Below, piece by piece: positions 1-9,429 of a DNA stretch of 32,000 nt (the first letter of the stretch is position 1; every line of letters starts with the position of its first letter). The notes beneath the pieces were generated by a model. That model was not told the origin of the DNA and did not search any database. It saw only the letters and a list, made by a program, of their open reading frames with translations. The DNA is from Archaeoglobus fulgidus DSM 4304 (lineage in GTDB: Archaea; Halobacteriota; Archaeoglobi; Archaeoglobales; Archaeoglobaceae): NCBI RefSeq assembly GCF_000008665.1, contig NC_000917.1:1620001-1652000 (forward strand), in the 5' to 3' direction. A program made the position numbers and the translations under genes.

Positions 1-2
1 AG

Positions 3-977
<975 letters not shown>

Positions 978-981
<4 letters not shown>

Positions 982-2963
982 GCTGGCTTATAATAACTGA
1001 GAAGGACAACACTGCCAGAAGGATTGCGTCAATTCTCTTCAAAGACGTTAAAACGCTGAAAAAGGGTAGGGTGAGTTACTACCACTCTCCTTCAAACGAC
1101 GCCTACGTTGTTGGGCTGAAAGGCCACATAGTTGAGCTTGACTTCCCGAAGGAGCTGAATAACTGGACCAAAACTCCTCTTGAGAAACTTCTTCAGGCAG
1201 AGCTGGTGAAAAAGGTCAAGGAGAGGACGATTTCCTCTATTTTGAAGGAAATTGCCAAGAAGGCGGACAGAGTTACGGTCGCAACGGACTACGACAGAGA
1301 GGGTGAGCTGATAGGAGTTGAGGCTCTGGAAATCGTCAAGTCGGTTAATCCAACTGTTAAGGTTGACAGGGTGAGGTACAGTGCTGTTACGGAGAAGGAG
1401 ATAAGGTCAGCCTTCTCAAAACCCGTTAAAGTTGACTTCAACTTGGCCAACGCTGCGCTCGCAAGGCAGAAGATAGACCTGATATGGGGTGCCACACTCA
1501 CCAGGCTCATCTCGGTTCATTCCGGCAGGATGGGCAAGGACTTCCTGAGCGTCGGAAGGGTGCAGACGCCCACTCTAAGGCTGATTGTGGACAGGGAGCT
1601 GGAAATTCAGAACTTCAAGCCCGAGAAGTACTACGAGATTTTTGCGGAGTTTGAAGGATTCATCGCAAAGCACCCAAAGAGGTACGGCAGCAAGGAGGAA
1701 GCTGAGAAATTATTCGCCAAGATTGGCGAAACGGCGAAAGTTGAGGAATTCACAAGAAGGAGAATGGAGGAGAACAGGCCAACGCCCTTCAACACCACCG
1801 AGTTCTTGAGGGAAGCATCGAAGTTCATGTCCCCCCACAAGGCGATGAACATCGCTGAAACCCTTTACATGAACGGCTACATCAGCTACCCCAGAACGGA
1901 TAACACCGTCTATCCCCCCACCATAAACCTCATTGAAATCGTTTCTGCGCTCTCATCAGTTTTTCCGAGGGAAGCTCAAATCGTGCTATCTCAGGATAAA
2001 ATAACGCCTTCAAGAGGCAGAAGGGAAACCAAGGACCACCCGCCAATATATCCCACCGGTGTTGCGAAGAGGGGGGAGCTTTCAAAGGATGAGTGGACGA
2101 TTTACGAGCTTGTGGTAAGGAGGTTTCTCGCGACCCTCGCACCCAAAGCCGTTTGGGACGTTAGAAGAGTCGTTCTCGATAGCAACGGCGTAAAGTTCGT
2201 TGCCAACGGCAGACAGCTCGTTGAAGCGGGCTGGAGGGACATCTACATCTACTCAAAAGCTGAGGAAACCGAGCTACCCTTGCTGAAGAAAGGTGACGTC
2301 CTGAGAATACTCAAGAAAAGACTTGAGGAGAAGGAAACCAAACCTCCGGGGAGATATTCTGCTTCATCCCTGATCAAAATGATGGAGAAGCTCAATCTCG
2401 GCACGAAATCAACGAGGCACGAGATTATTCAGAAGCTCGTCAGCAGACGCTACATTCACGGTAACCCCTTCAGGCCGAGCGAAACGGCCTTTTCTGTAAT
2501 AAACGTGCTCAAGGAGACTGCGGAGACGATAACGCTGCCAGACATGACCGCTAAGCTTGAAAACGAGATGGACCTCATCGCGGAGGGGAAGAAGAGGGAG
2601 CCGGAGGTTGTGGACGAGTCAAGGGAGATGCTCCTGCAGATACTAAGGGCAATAGATTACAGAAAGCTCAGCAAAGATCTGAGGGAGGGTGTAAAGAAAG
2701 ATAAAATTGTTGGAAAATGTCCAGAATGTGGTGGAGAGCTTGTGGTGAGACAGTCCAAGGCCGGTAAGAGGTTCATAGGTTGCAGCAACTATCCTGACTG
2801 CACCTTCACCCTTCCACTTCCCCAGAATGGGACTTTGTACATCACAGCCAAGCAGTGCAAGGAGCACGAAATCAAGGAGGTCAAAATCAGGACAAAGAAG
2901 GGATACTGGAATCTCGGATGCCCCTACTGCAACTATCTCAACTGGAAGAAGGAGAACAGCTAA
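978..2963 (+). CDS. topA: Type IA DNA topoisomerase (annotated topoisomerase I in archaea, topo III-like) with C-terminal zinc ribbons
   Basis: TOPRIM N-terminus LIITEKDNTARRIA and DYDREGE; active-site Tyr motif GYISYPRTDN; C-terminal CPECGG...GCSNYPDC and a CxxC zinc ribbon. I prefer ATG 978 (ATGA overlap with the KH gene) over the tracked TTG at 972. Confidence 0.95.
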
Positions 2964-3268
2964 CCGAGGCTCTTCTTGAAAAGCTCTAAAAGGTCGTCTA
3001 TCGTTTCCACAACCTTAGTGCCGGATTCCGTGAGCTTGTAGTGCTTATCCTCTTTAATGACGAGACCCACCTTAAGCAGAACTTTCAGATGCCTGTCCAG
3101 AATGCTTGGATTGAGCTTTGTGTCGAACATCAGCTGCGAGAACTTCTTTGGGCCATCGCTTAGACTGTAGAGGATGTCGCTCACACCCTTCCTCCCGATA
3201 ATCTTAAGTACTTCCTTAACGCTGATATCGAGTTCCTCCATGTTCTCAGCCTCGATCACTTCACCCAC
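2960..3268 (-). CDS. Small winged-helix transcriptional regulator (HxlR/ArsR-like)
   Basis: The 102-aa ORF has a wHTH pattern (GVSDILYSLSDGPKKFSQLM...LDRHLKVLLKVGLVIKEDKHYKLTESG). It is convergent with topA by a 4-nt overlap. GTG start at 3268 lies about 25-30 nt from a TATA-like ctttaagaata; alternative ATG at 3241. Confidence 0.7.
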   Translation of the reverse strand: MGEVIEAENMEELDISVKEVLKIIGRKGVSDILYSLSDGPKKFSQLMFDTKLNPSILDRHLKVLLKVGLVIKEDKHYKLTESGTKVVETIDDLLELFKKSLG

Positions 3269-3388
3269 CGTTCAACACTTCTCCCTCTTATTCTTAAAGT
3301 TATCTTTGTATAGAAAAATTATATTTTTGTAATTACTTTTATGTTTGCGGGGCGAAAGTCCTTATATTTTGGAGCCCAATGTGCATTT

Positions 3389-3616
3389 ATGAAGGCAGGC
3401 TCGATTGCATCGAGTCCCGGAAAGCTGAAGATAATGAATCTTTTGGCAAAGAAAGAGCTTGATGCTGGCAGAATTGCAAAAAGCACAAGGATTCCGTTGA
3501 ATATTGTCAAGTGGCTTTTGGATGAGCTTGAAAAGGATGGTCTGGTTGAGCAGGAGGCTGGCAGCTACAAAGCTACCGAAGAAGGTATAAAAGCCTTGAA
3601 AGCTCTGAAAATGTAG
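3389..3616 (+). CDS. Small winged-helix DNA-binding protein (75 aa), first gene of the radical-SAM operon
   Basis: wHTH-like sequence [46 protein letters not shown] 3389 sits about 22 nt downstream of the TATA-like cttatatttt (3361-3370), which suggests a leaderless mRNA. The tracked start at 3341 would lie upstream of that TATA. Confidence 0.6.
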
Positions 3617-3822
3617 GATGCTGAAGGAAAGAGAAGATAGCAAAGACAAGGTTTTCATTCTCCGGGACATTGTGGAGATAAGGGATTCCGAAGGACGTTT
3701 ACAGCAAGCTTGAGAAGAGGTACTCGAAGGAGTACATAGTCTCCTTTGCTGACGAGAAGAGAGTTCTGAACAGAGTTACGGGGAGGGAGCTTGTATTCGT
3801 TACCAAGGAGAGCGGAATTCCC

Positions 3823-4761
3823 TTGCTGGGACACTCAGCTTTCGGAATAATAGACAGGGGGGCGAACCTCCTGCAGGTTAGAAACATCACCGGCTGCAAC
3901 CTCAACTGCATCTTCTGCAGCGTTGATGAGGGCAAAGGCAGCAAAACGAGAAATGCCGACTTCATCGTTGACCCCGACTACATGCTTGAGGAGCTTGGGA
4001 AGGTTGTTGAGTTCAAGGGAAAGGGTGTGGAGCTCCATCTCGACGGGCAGGGAGAGCCCTTCCTCTACCCATACATGGAGTATTTTCTCGAGAAAGCGAG
4101 CAGGATGAAGGGAGTTGAGGTTGTGTCAATTCAGAGCAACGGCACTTTGCTTACTGAGGAGAAAATTTCGGCCATAGAAGATTACGTCACCAGAATAAAC
4201 CTTTCATTGAGCTCCCTTGACGAAAAGACGGCAAAAACTCTGCATGGAGCATACAGCGTGAAGAAGGTGAAAGAGGTTGCTGAGATGATTGCCAGCAGCA
4301 AGATGGATTTGCTTATAGCCCCTGTCTGGGTTCCGGGCTACAATGACAGGGAGATTCCGAAAATAATTGAGTTTGCCCTCGAGATAGGGGCTGGGAAGAA
4401 GTACCCACCCCTTGGAATTCAGAAGTACATTCCCTACCGCTATGGCAGGAAAGCGGGGAAGAGCATGCCGTTTAAGGAGTTCTACCGGAGGCTTGAGGAG
4501 TATGAGAAAGAATACGGCGTTAAGCTTGTTCTGGGTCCTGAGGATTTCGGGATGGAGAAGAGGCCGAAGCTGAGCTGCCCCTTCAGGAGGGGCGAGAGAG
4601 TTAGGGCGAGGGTGGTGTGTGAGGGAAGGCTCAAAGGTGAGAAGGTCTGCGTGGCGAGGGGGAGGAGCATTGCTGTCAACACTGACAAGAGGGTTGGGGA
4701 GTTCGTCGAATTCGAGGTTGTTAGCACCAAGGACGGTATAATAATTGGGGTGGAAAGGTGA
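3823..4761 (+). CDS. Radical SAM enzyme (COG2100-like) with a TRAM-like C-terminal beta-barrel; the true 5' end is probably at 3618 across a frame break
   Basis: CX3CX2C motif in NITGCNLNCIFCSVDEG. The C-terminal GERVRARVVCEGRLKGEKVCVARGRSIAVNTDKRVGEFVEFEVVSTKDGIIIG fits the TRAM pattern. The tracked start is TTG. The same frame is open and protein-like back to 3682, and an ATG ORF in another frame begins at 3618, 1 nt after the upstream stop. Confidence 0.85.
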   Translation: MLGHSAFGIIDRGANLLQVRNITGCNLNCIFCSVDEGKGSKTRNADFIVDPDYMLEELGKVVEFKGKGVELHLDGQGEPFLYPYMEYFLEKASRMKGVEVVSIQSNGTLLTEEKISAIEDYVTRINLSLSSLDEKTAKTLHGAYSVKKVKEVAEMIASSKMDLLIAPVWVPGYNDREIPKIIEFALEIGAGKKYPPLGIQKYIPYRYGRKAGKSMPFKEFYRRLEEYEKEYGVKLVLGPEDFGMEKRPKLSCPFRRGERVRARVVCEGRLKGEKVCVARGRSIAVNTDKRVGEFVEFEVVSTKDGIIIGVER

Positions 4762-5231
4762 AGGTTCTGATTTCGTCAAGCGTTAAGGAGGGGATTGAAT
4801 GCCTCGCCAAGAGGCTTGCAGAGATGGGCTATGAAATCCTCGCCACAGAGGGAACAGCGGATTATCTGCAGGAGAAGGGTGTTAATGCTCTCAAATTATC
4901 AGAGATTACTGGTATCGCAGAAAGCAAGTCAATCAAAACACTACACCCAAAAATTTACGAGATGATTTTCTCCGGCGAGATAAAAGCGGTGGTGGTGATT
5001 CCTTACAACCTCAGAGAGAATCCTTGCAGGGAGAATATTGACATTGGCGGCATTTCCCTCTTGAGGGCTGCGGCAAAGGCAGGAGTTCCGGCAGCCTACG
5101 ATTTGAAAAGTTTTCAAAAGCTTGTGGAGGTTTTGGAAGGGAAGAAGAGGTACAACGCTGCGGAAGTTTTTCGATTCACTTCAGAGTACGACCGAACGAT
5201 TGCGGAGTGGTTGGAGAATGAAGCACCTTGA
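4758..5231 (+). CDS. Stand-alone PurH N-terminal (MGS-like / IMP cyclohydrolase-like) domain protein
   Basis: PurH IMPCH-domain signatures KTLHPKI and DIGGISLLRAAAKA in a 157-aa protein. The GTG start overlaps the radical-SAM stop (GTGA). Confidence 0.75.
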   Translation: MKVLISSSVKEGIECLAKRLAEMGYEILATEGTADYLQEKGVNALKLSEITGIAESKSIKTLHPKIYEMIFSGEIKAVVVIPYNLRENPCRENIDIGGISLLRAAAKAGVPAAYDLKSFQKLVEVLEGKKRYNAAEVFRFTSEYDRTIAEWLENEAP

Positions 5232-5751
5232 GTTTAAGGGAAAATACGCCAAAGCCTTGATTGAGGGAAGGAAGAGGCTGACGATCAGGAAGTGGACGAA
5301 TTTGAAGGAGGGTGATGAAGTCTTGGTGCACAGCGGAGGAAAGATTATCGGGAAGGCGAAGATTAAGGCTATCAAAAAAAGGCATGTATCTGAGATTACA
5401 GATGAGGAAGCGAGGCTCGACGGATTCAGGAATGCGGAGGAGCTGATGGAGGAGATGAAAAAAATGGGCTATGACGGTGAGGTTTACGTCATACACTTCG
5501 ATTTTGAGCCTCTACAGGCCGTCAATCCTCACAAGCTTTACTACGGCGATGCTGACCTGGAGGAGATTGCAAGAAGGAGTCTTGAGCACCTTGAGCTTGA
5601 TGAGAGGGACAGGCTGGTGCTCGAAACCTTTTTGAGTTACGGAAGTATAAGAAAGGCTGCGAGAAAGCTCGGAGGGGCGAGAAAAAGGGGGGAGATAAGA
5701 AAGGTCTTGAGGAAGTGCTACAACGAGCTTGTGAAGAGGGGGCTGATTTAA
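5218..5751 (+). CDS. ASCH (PUA-like) domain protein fused to a C-terminal sigma70-region4/LuxR-like HTH
   Basis: The N-terminal ~100 aa (KGKYAKALIEGRKRLTIRKW...GDEVLVHSGGKIIGKAKIKAI...EVYVIHFDFE) fits ASCH. The C-terminal LELDERDRLVLETFLSYGSIRKAARKLGG is HTH-like. ATG 5218 is preferred; the tracked 5122 start would overlap the preceding gene by 110 nt. Confidence 0.7.
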   Translation: MKHLEFKGKYAKALIEGRKRLTIRKWTNLKEGDEVLVHSGGKIIGKAKIKAIKKRHVSEITDEEARLDGFRNAEELMEEMKKMGYDGEVYVIHFDFEPLQAVNPHKLYYGDADLEEIARRSLEHLELDERDRLVLETFLSYGSIRKAARKLGGARKRGEIRKVLRKCYNELVKRGLI

Positions 5752-5754
5752 ACT

Positions 5755-6076
5755 TCAATCATCGGGCTGTAAATCTTCTTTCATCTCATCGAATTTTGCT
5801 CTGGCAAGAAGGTGGATGTTTACTCTGCTGTCATCGGTCAGAAACTTGACTATTCTGGAGTAATCCTCAAATTTCATTTTTCGGGGATTTTTGAGGACAC
5901 AATGAGAATGTCGAGATCAGAACTCAGAGTGTGCTCCCCTCTCGCGAAGCTTCCAACTATGAAAACTTCGCAATCGCCAAGAATCTTCCTGGCCTTTTCT
6001 TTTATTTCCTCGCAATAGCGTGAGCATTTTCGAAGAACTTCTCGTTTTCTTTAAGCTTTCTGTAGTAGTCGATCAT
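5755..6076 (-). pseudogene. Minimal nucleotidyltransferase (MNT antitoxin-type) gene broken into three frames
   Basis: Manual translation of the minus strand gives three pieces. 6076-6002: MIDYYRKLKENEKFFENAHAIARK*. 6050-5874: ..EEIKEKARKILGDCEVFIVGSFARGEHTLSSDLDILIVSSKIPEK* (canonical GSxxRGx5SDxDxxV NTase motif). 5877-5755: MKFEDYSRIVKFLTDDSRVNIHLLARAKFDEMKEDLQPDD*. Joined they make a normal ~107-aa MNT. Each junction is repaired by adding 1 nt; the second lies in an A5 run. Confidence 0.75.
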
Positions 6077-6272
6077 AGCAGGTCGAGAACTCTTCTGGCT
6101 ACCGATAAGCTTTTTTCTGCTATTTCTTGAGAGTATTCAACGTCAAGAGTATTTCACCATACTTTTTTGCGATTATAAATTTCAAGCCGAGCTGCACCGC
6201 CTGCTCTGCGAAGAACATCGTAAAGTTGGCCTTGGAGTAGAAGCGAAGGGCCCTCTGTTTTAGGAATTCCAT
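6073..6272 (-). pseudogene. HEPN-domain toxin remnant (N- and C-terminal helices retained, central R-X4-6-H region lost)
   Basis: The minus-strand ORF 6272-6120 reads MEFLKQRALRFYSKANFTMFFAEQAVQLGLKFIIAKKYGEILLTLNTLKK*. A second frame, 6153-6073, reads NTLDVEYSQEIAEKSLSVARRVLDLL*, a typical HEPN C-terminus, and its TGA overlaps the MNT ATG (ATGA). The total span is 200 nt (not divisible by 3, about 66 codons) against ~120-130 aa for intact HEPN. A TATA-like ttttatattt lies about 28 nt upstream of the ATG. Confidence 0.65.
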
Positions 6273-6316
6273 ATTCAGGATTTATTTGTATTAGAAATAT
6301 AAAACCATTGCCGAAG

Positions 6317-6322
6317 AAAAAA
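6317..6322 (-). terminator. Oligo-T (T6 on the minus strand) just after the TIP49 stop
   Basis: A6 on the plus strand, 7-12 nt beyond the stop codon. Archaeal terminators are typically T-runs. Confidence 0.35.
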
Positions 6323-6328
6323 TTAAAA

Positions 6329-7678
6329 TCACATGCCGAGCATCTTCTCTTCCCACTTTTTCAGGTAGGCTGAGCTCTGGCTAACATCAGCGAAGATGCT
6401 TGCAGCCCTCTCAACGTCCTCAAGTTCCACTTTTCCTGAGTTTCTCATCTTGGCAAACTCGTAGGCTGGGGCGAGGAGCTGAACCGCATACCTCAAACTC
6501 GTCTTCTCCCCTATGTCAGTGAGCTTCTCCATCGCCTCGTTGCTGAGCATTATTCCGGACTCGGCTGCTCTTATCTCTATTATTGTCTTGATTTCCTCCC
6601 TGCTGTAGGGCTCTGTCGTGATGATCAGCAGCCTGTCAAGCAAGTCAAGCGGGATGCCGTGCGGAGCAACAATATCGGTCCCTCTAATCCTCGAAAATCC
6701 TCTGTTGGAGGCGAGAATTATTATTGGCGCCATTTCCGACTCCATTGCCCTGTTCATGAAGGCAAAGAGCTCGATGTCCATGAGATGTGTTTCGTCGATA
6801 AAAAGCACTCCCGGAACAAGCTCAGCTCTGCCCTCCTCAACGAGCCTCTTTACCTGCTCATCCACAGCTTCTCTAACTTCATTGTCGATTTCCCTGCTCG
6901 GCGGGGAGAAGAGGCTGAATATGCTCGTCCTTCTCGCATTTGCCTCATCCAGGTCGTGCAATGTTACAACATACGTGAACTCCTTCTCCTTCTCCACCTT
7001 TCCCGATGGGACGGGAACGACCTCATCATCCCCCAGATCATACTTCTTCTTCGCCTTCTCGCTCCTTCCAAGCTTCCCTATTCTCCCCGTCTCCTTGTCA
7101 ATAACTATGACATCTCCAACCTCGATTCCTTGAGTGAAGAACTGCATCGCAAGCCTTCCCCCAACGCTGAAGGTTCTCTTCTCATCCTTTGTTGCCAGAG
7201 TGAGTGTTGCAGACTCAGGAATCTTCTGTGTGGGGTTGTAGGGGTTGGGAACCATGTTGTAGTCGAGGCCAACAACCTCTCCTTCAAGCACAGTCCTCGT
7301 CTCTCTTATCCTCACACCGATTGCCTTTCTCATCGCCTGAATGAGAGCTTCAGTCTTCTTCATCTCCGCGCTGTAGAACTCGCTCGCTGAAACCTGAACG
7401 AATGGGATATCCTTTCCAAGCTCCTTGCTTATGGCTACTGCAATGGCGGTTTTTCCAGTTCCCGGCGGGCCTGCCATCAGTATTCCCCTGCCTGCCATTT
7501 TCCCTGATTTGATGAGCCTCACTATAACTCCCGCCGCCTCTCTCGCCCTCTTCTGCCCCACAAGACCGTCGGCAACATCCTTAGCCCTGAGATTTTCATC
7601 CAGTCCAAGACCGCGAATGTGTGAGTGAGCACTTATCCTCTCAAATGTCTGGGTGATTTCCCTGATTTCGCCCGCCAT
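6329..7678 (-). CDS. TIP49 / RuvB-like (RuvBL) AAA+ ATPase
   Basis: N-terminal SHSHIRGLGLD, Walker A GPPGTGKTA and Walker B LFIDETH. An inserted ~170-aa domain II lies between the Walker motifs, as in eukaryotic RuvBL1/2. ATG 7678 is preferred over the tracked GTG at 7690. Confidence 0.92.
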   Translation of the reverse strand: MAGEIREITQTFERISAHSHIRGLGLDENLRAKDVADGLVGQKRAREAAGVIVRLIKSGKMAGRGILMAGPPGTGKTAIAVAISKELGKDIPFVQVSASEFYSAEMKKTEALIQAMRKAIGVRIRETRTVLEGEVVGLDYNMVPNPYNPTQKIPESATLTLATKDEKRTFSVGGRLAMQFFTQGIEVGDVIVIDKETGRIGKLGRSEKAKKKYDLGDDEVVPVPSGKVEKEKEFTYVVTLHDLDEANARRTSIFSLFSPPSREIDNEVREAVDEQVKRLVEEGRAELVPGVLFIDETHLMDIELFAFMNRAMESEMAPIIILASNRGFSRIRGTDIVAPHGIPLDLLDRLLIITTEPYSREEIKTIIEIRAAESGIMLSNEAMEKLTDIGEKTSLRYAVQLLAPAYEFAKMRNSGKVELEDVERAASIFADVSQSSAYLKKWEEKMLGM

Positions 7679-7761
7679 GGCCACCACCAAAATTGGTGGA
7701 AAAGTAGGGCTATATAAATATTCCTCCGTCAGCTAAATTTGTTTCTTTACAACTGAAAAGC

Positions 7762-8118
7762 ATGAAGCTCAGAGGACACCACCTCATCTGCCTTCAGTTT
7801 TTCAGAGGAGAAGGCTACAGCGGGGAGTTTGTAGAGAATGTTAAAAAGATAATGGAGAGATTGGAAAGTGGGGAGACAGTGGAGGTTGTTGCTGGAGTTG
7901 ATGACATTTGCGTGGCATGCCCCTACAACAGAGGTTATTGCGGTAAGGATGAGACTTCGGAGGAGAGGGTGAGGGAGATGGATAAAGCAGCGGTAAGACT
8001 GCTTGGTGTTTCAGAGAAAACTACATGGAGAGAGGTGGCAGAGAGAATTGAGAAAGTTCTCAATGAATGGCGGGTTTTTTGCGAGGATTGCGATTGGAAA
8101 GAAGTATGTTATGGCTGA
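7762..8118 (+). CDS. DUF1284-family Cys-rich protein (putative Fe-S/metal binding)
   Basis: The N-terminal RGHHLICLQFFRGEGYS signature of DUF1284 plus CVACPYNRGYC and a C-terminal CEDCDWKEVC. Confidence 0.7.
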   Translation: MKLRGHHLICLQFFRGEGYSGEFVENVKKIMERLESGETVEVVAGVDDICVACPYNRGYCGKDETSEERVREMDKAAVRLLGVSEKTTWREVAERIEKVLNEWRVFCEDCDWKEVCYG

Positions 8119-8154
8119 AGGAAAAATATTTAATGATTTATTTCTATTTTTTGC

Positions 8155-9429
8155 ATGGGCTTTACAGGTAGAAGGGGTAAGGCGGAAATCATTGAGGCTT
8201 TTTCAAAGCACGTCTCGCCCTACAAGGCCAAGTTTTTCTCAATGGTGGGCATCGACTTCGTTCCTGCAAGAAGGGAGGGGGTGTGGTACTGGGATCTGGA
8301 TGGGAGAAAGCTTATGGACTGCCACTGCAATGGAGGAGTTTTCAATCTCGGCCACAGACATCCTGAAATCGTAAAAACGCTTGTTGAGGCCTTGGATGAG
8401 CTTGACATTGGCAATCACCACCTCATCAGCGAGCAGAGGGCGAGGTTGGCAGAGAAGCTCGCTGAACTGATGCCCGGAGACATAAGCAGGACTGTTTTTG
8501 GTGTGGGTGGTGGGGAGGCAATTGATTTTGCAATAAAGCTGGCAAGAGGTCATACGGGCAGAAAAAAGATAATTTATGCTAAGGGCGGTTACCACGGCCA
8601 CACTGGTTTTGCCCTCGCTGCCGGGGACGAAAAGTACAGAAAGCCCTTCGAGCCCTTAGCTCCGGGCTTTGTTGAAGTTCCCTTTGGTGATGCTGAAGCT
8701 GTTGAGAAGGCGGTTGATGATGATACCGCAGCTGTGCTTTTCGAAACAATTCCTGCTACCCTTGGCATGCCCCTGCCACCTGAAGATTTCTACAGAAGGG
8801 TCAGGGAGATATGCGACGAGAAGGGCTGCTTGATGATTATGGATGAGGTTCAAACGGGACTGGGAAGGACGGGAAAGATGTGGGGAATTGAGCATTACAA
8901 AGTAGTTCCTGACGTGATTGTTACAGCTAAGGGTCTGTCAGGCGGCGTTTATCCCATCTCGGCCACATGCTTTAAGGAGGGGCTGGATGACTTCATGGCG
9001 GAGAATCCCTTTATCCACGTTTCAACCTTTGGAGGAGCTGAGCTTGGATGCGTTGTTGCAGAGAAAGTGCTCGAAATCACCTCAAGAGAGTCCTTCTTGG
9101 AGAACGTGAGGAAAACTGGCGAAGCTTTGTCTGAGATACTGGGAAAACTGAAGGATGAGTACGACTTTGTAGATGAGATAAGGCAGAAGGGTCTCTTTAT
9201 TGGAATTAAGATGGTCGAAGAAGGCTGGGGACCTCTGCTCTCCATTTCCTGCTACCACAGCGGCATTCTGGCAGTTTACGCCAACAACGACACCTCTGTC
9301 ATGCAGTTCCTTCCTCCGCTGATTGTGGGAGAGAAGGAGGTTGATTACATCAGAGAAAAGCTGGCAGGAGCGATGGAGATAGCCTCTCAAAGGCGGGAGA
9401 TGGTTGAGTTTATCAGAAAAATGCTATGA
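8155..9429 (+). CDS. Class-III PLP-dependent aminotransferase-fold enzyme, YgjG/PatA (diamine aminotransferase)-like
   Basis: Conserved blocks as I remember E. coli YgjG: GVFNLGHRHPEIV, MIMDEVQTGLGRTGKMW, PLP-lysine block DVIVTAKGLSGGVYPISAT, and NPFIHVSTFGGAELGC. Substrate cannot be assigned from sequence; archaeal members of this fold include racemases. Confidence 0.9.
   Translation: MGFTGRRGKAEIIEAFSKHVSPYKAKFFSMVGIDFVPARREGVWYWDLDGRKLMDCHCNGGVFNLGHRHPEIVKTLVEALDELDIGNHHLISEQRARLAEKLAELMPGDISRTVFGVGGGEAIDFAIKLARGHTGRKKIIYAKGGYHGHTGFALAAGDEKYRKPFEPLAPGFVEVPFGDAEAVEKAVDDDTAAVLFETIPATLGMPLPPEDFYRRVREICDEKGCLMIMDEVQTGLGRTGKMWGIEHYKVVPDVIVTAKGLSGGVYPISATCFKEGLDDFMAENPFIHVSTFGGAELGCVVAEKVLEITSRESFLENVRKTGEALSEILGKLKDEYDFVDEIRQKGLFIGIKMVEEGWGPLLSISCYHSGILAVYANNDTSVMQFLPPLIVGEKEVDYIREKLAGAMEIASQRREMVEFIRKML

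Noticed and set aside
4204-4779. 191-aa minus-strand ORF
   Set aside because: It is antisense to the radical SAM gene, whose motifs are unambiguous. The product is Pro/Leu/Asn-rich and low in complexity, with no motif. It is a typical shadow ORF.
5812-6018. 68-aa plus-strand ORF in the 5752-6328 gap
   Set aside because: It lies antisense to the nucleotidyltransferase remnant, which carries a canonical GSxxRG..SDxD motif. The plus-strand product has no features.
6659-7390. 243-aa and 171-aa plus-strand ORFs inside the TIP49 locus
   Set aside because: Both are antisense shadows of a strongly supported AAA+ gene. The translations are Ser/Leu-rich with no recognisable domain.
7684-7699. Palindrome CCACCAA-AA-TTGGTGG at the TIP49 5' end, near the predicted TSS
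   Set aside because: The 7-bp arms are perfect, but a palindrome of this size is expected by chance a few times in 32 kb. There is no second copy and no adjacent regulator. It could be an operator, but sequence alone does not support the call.
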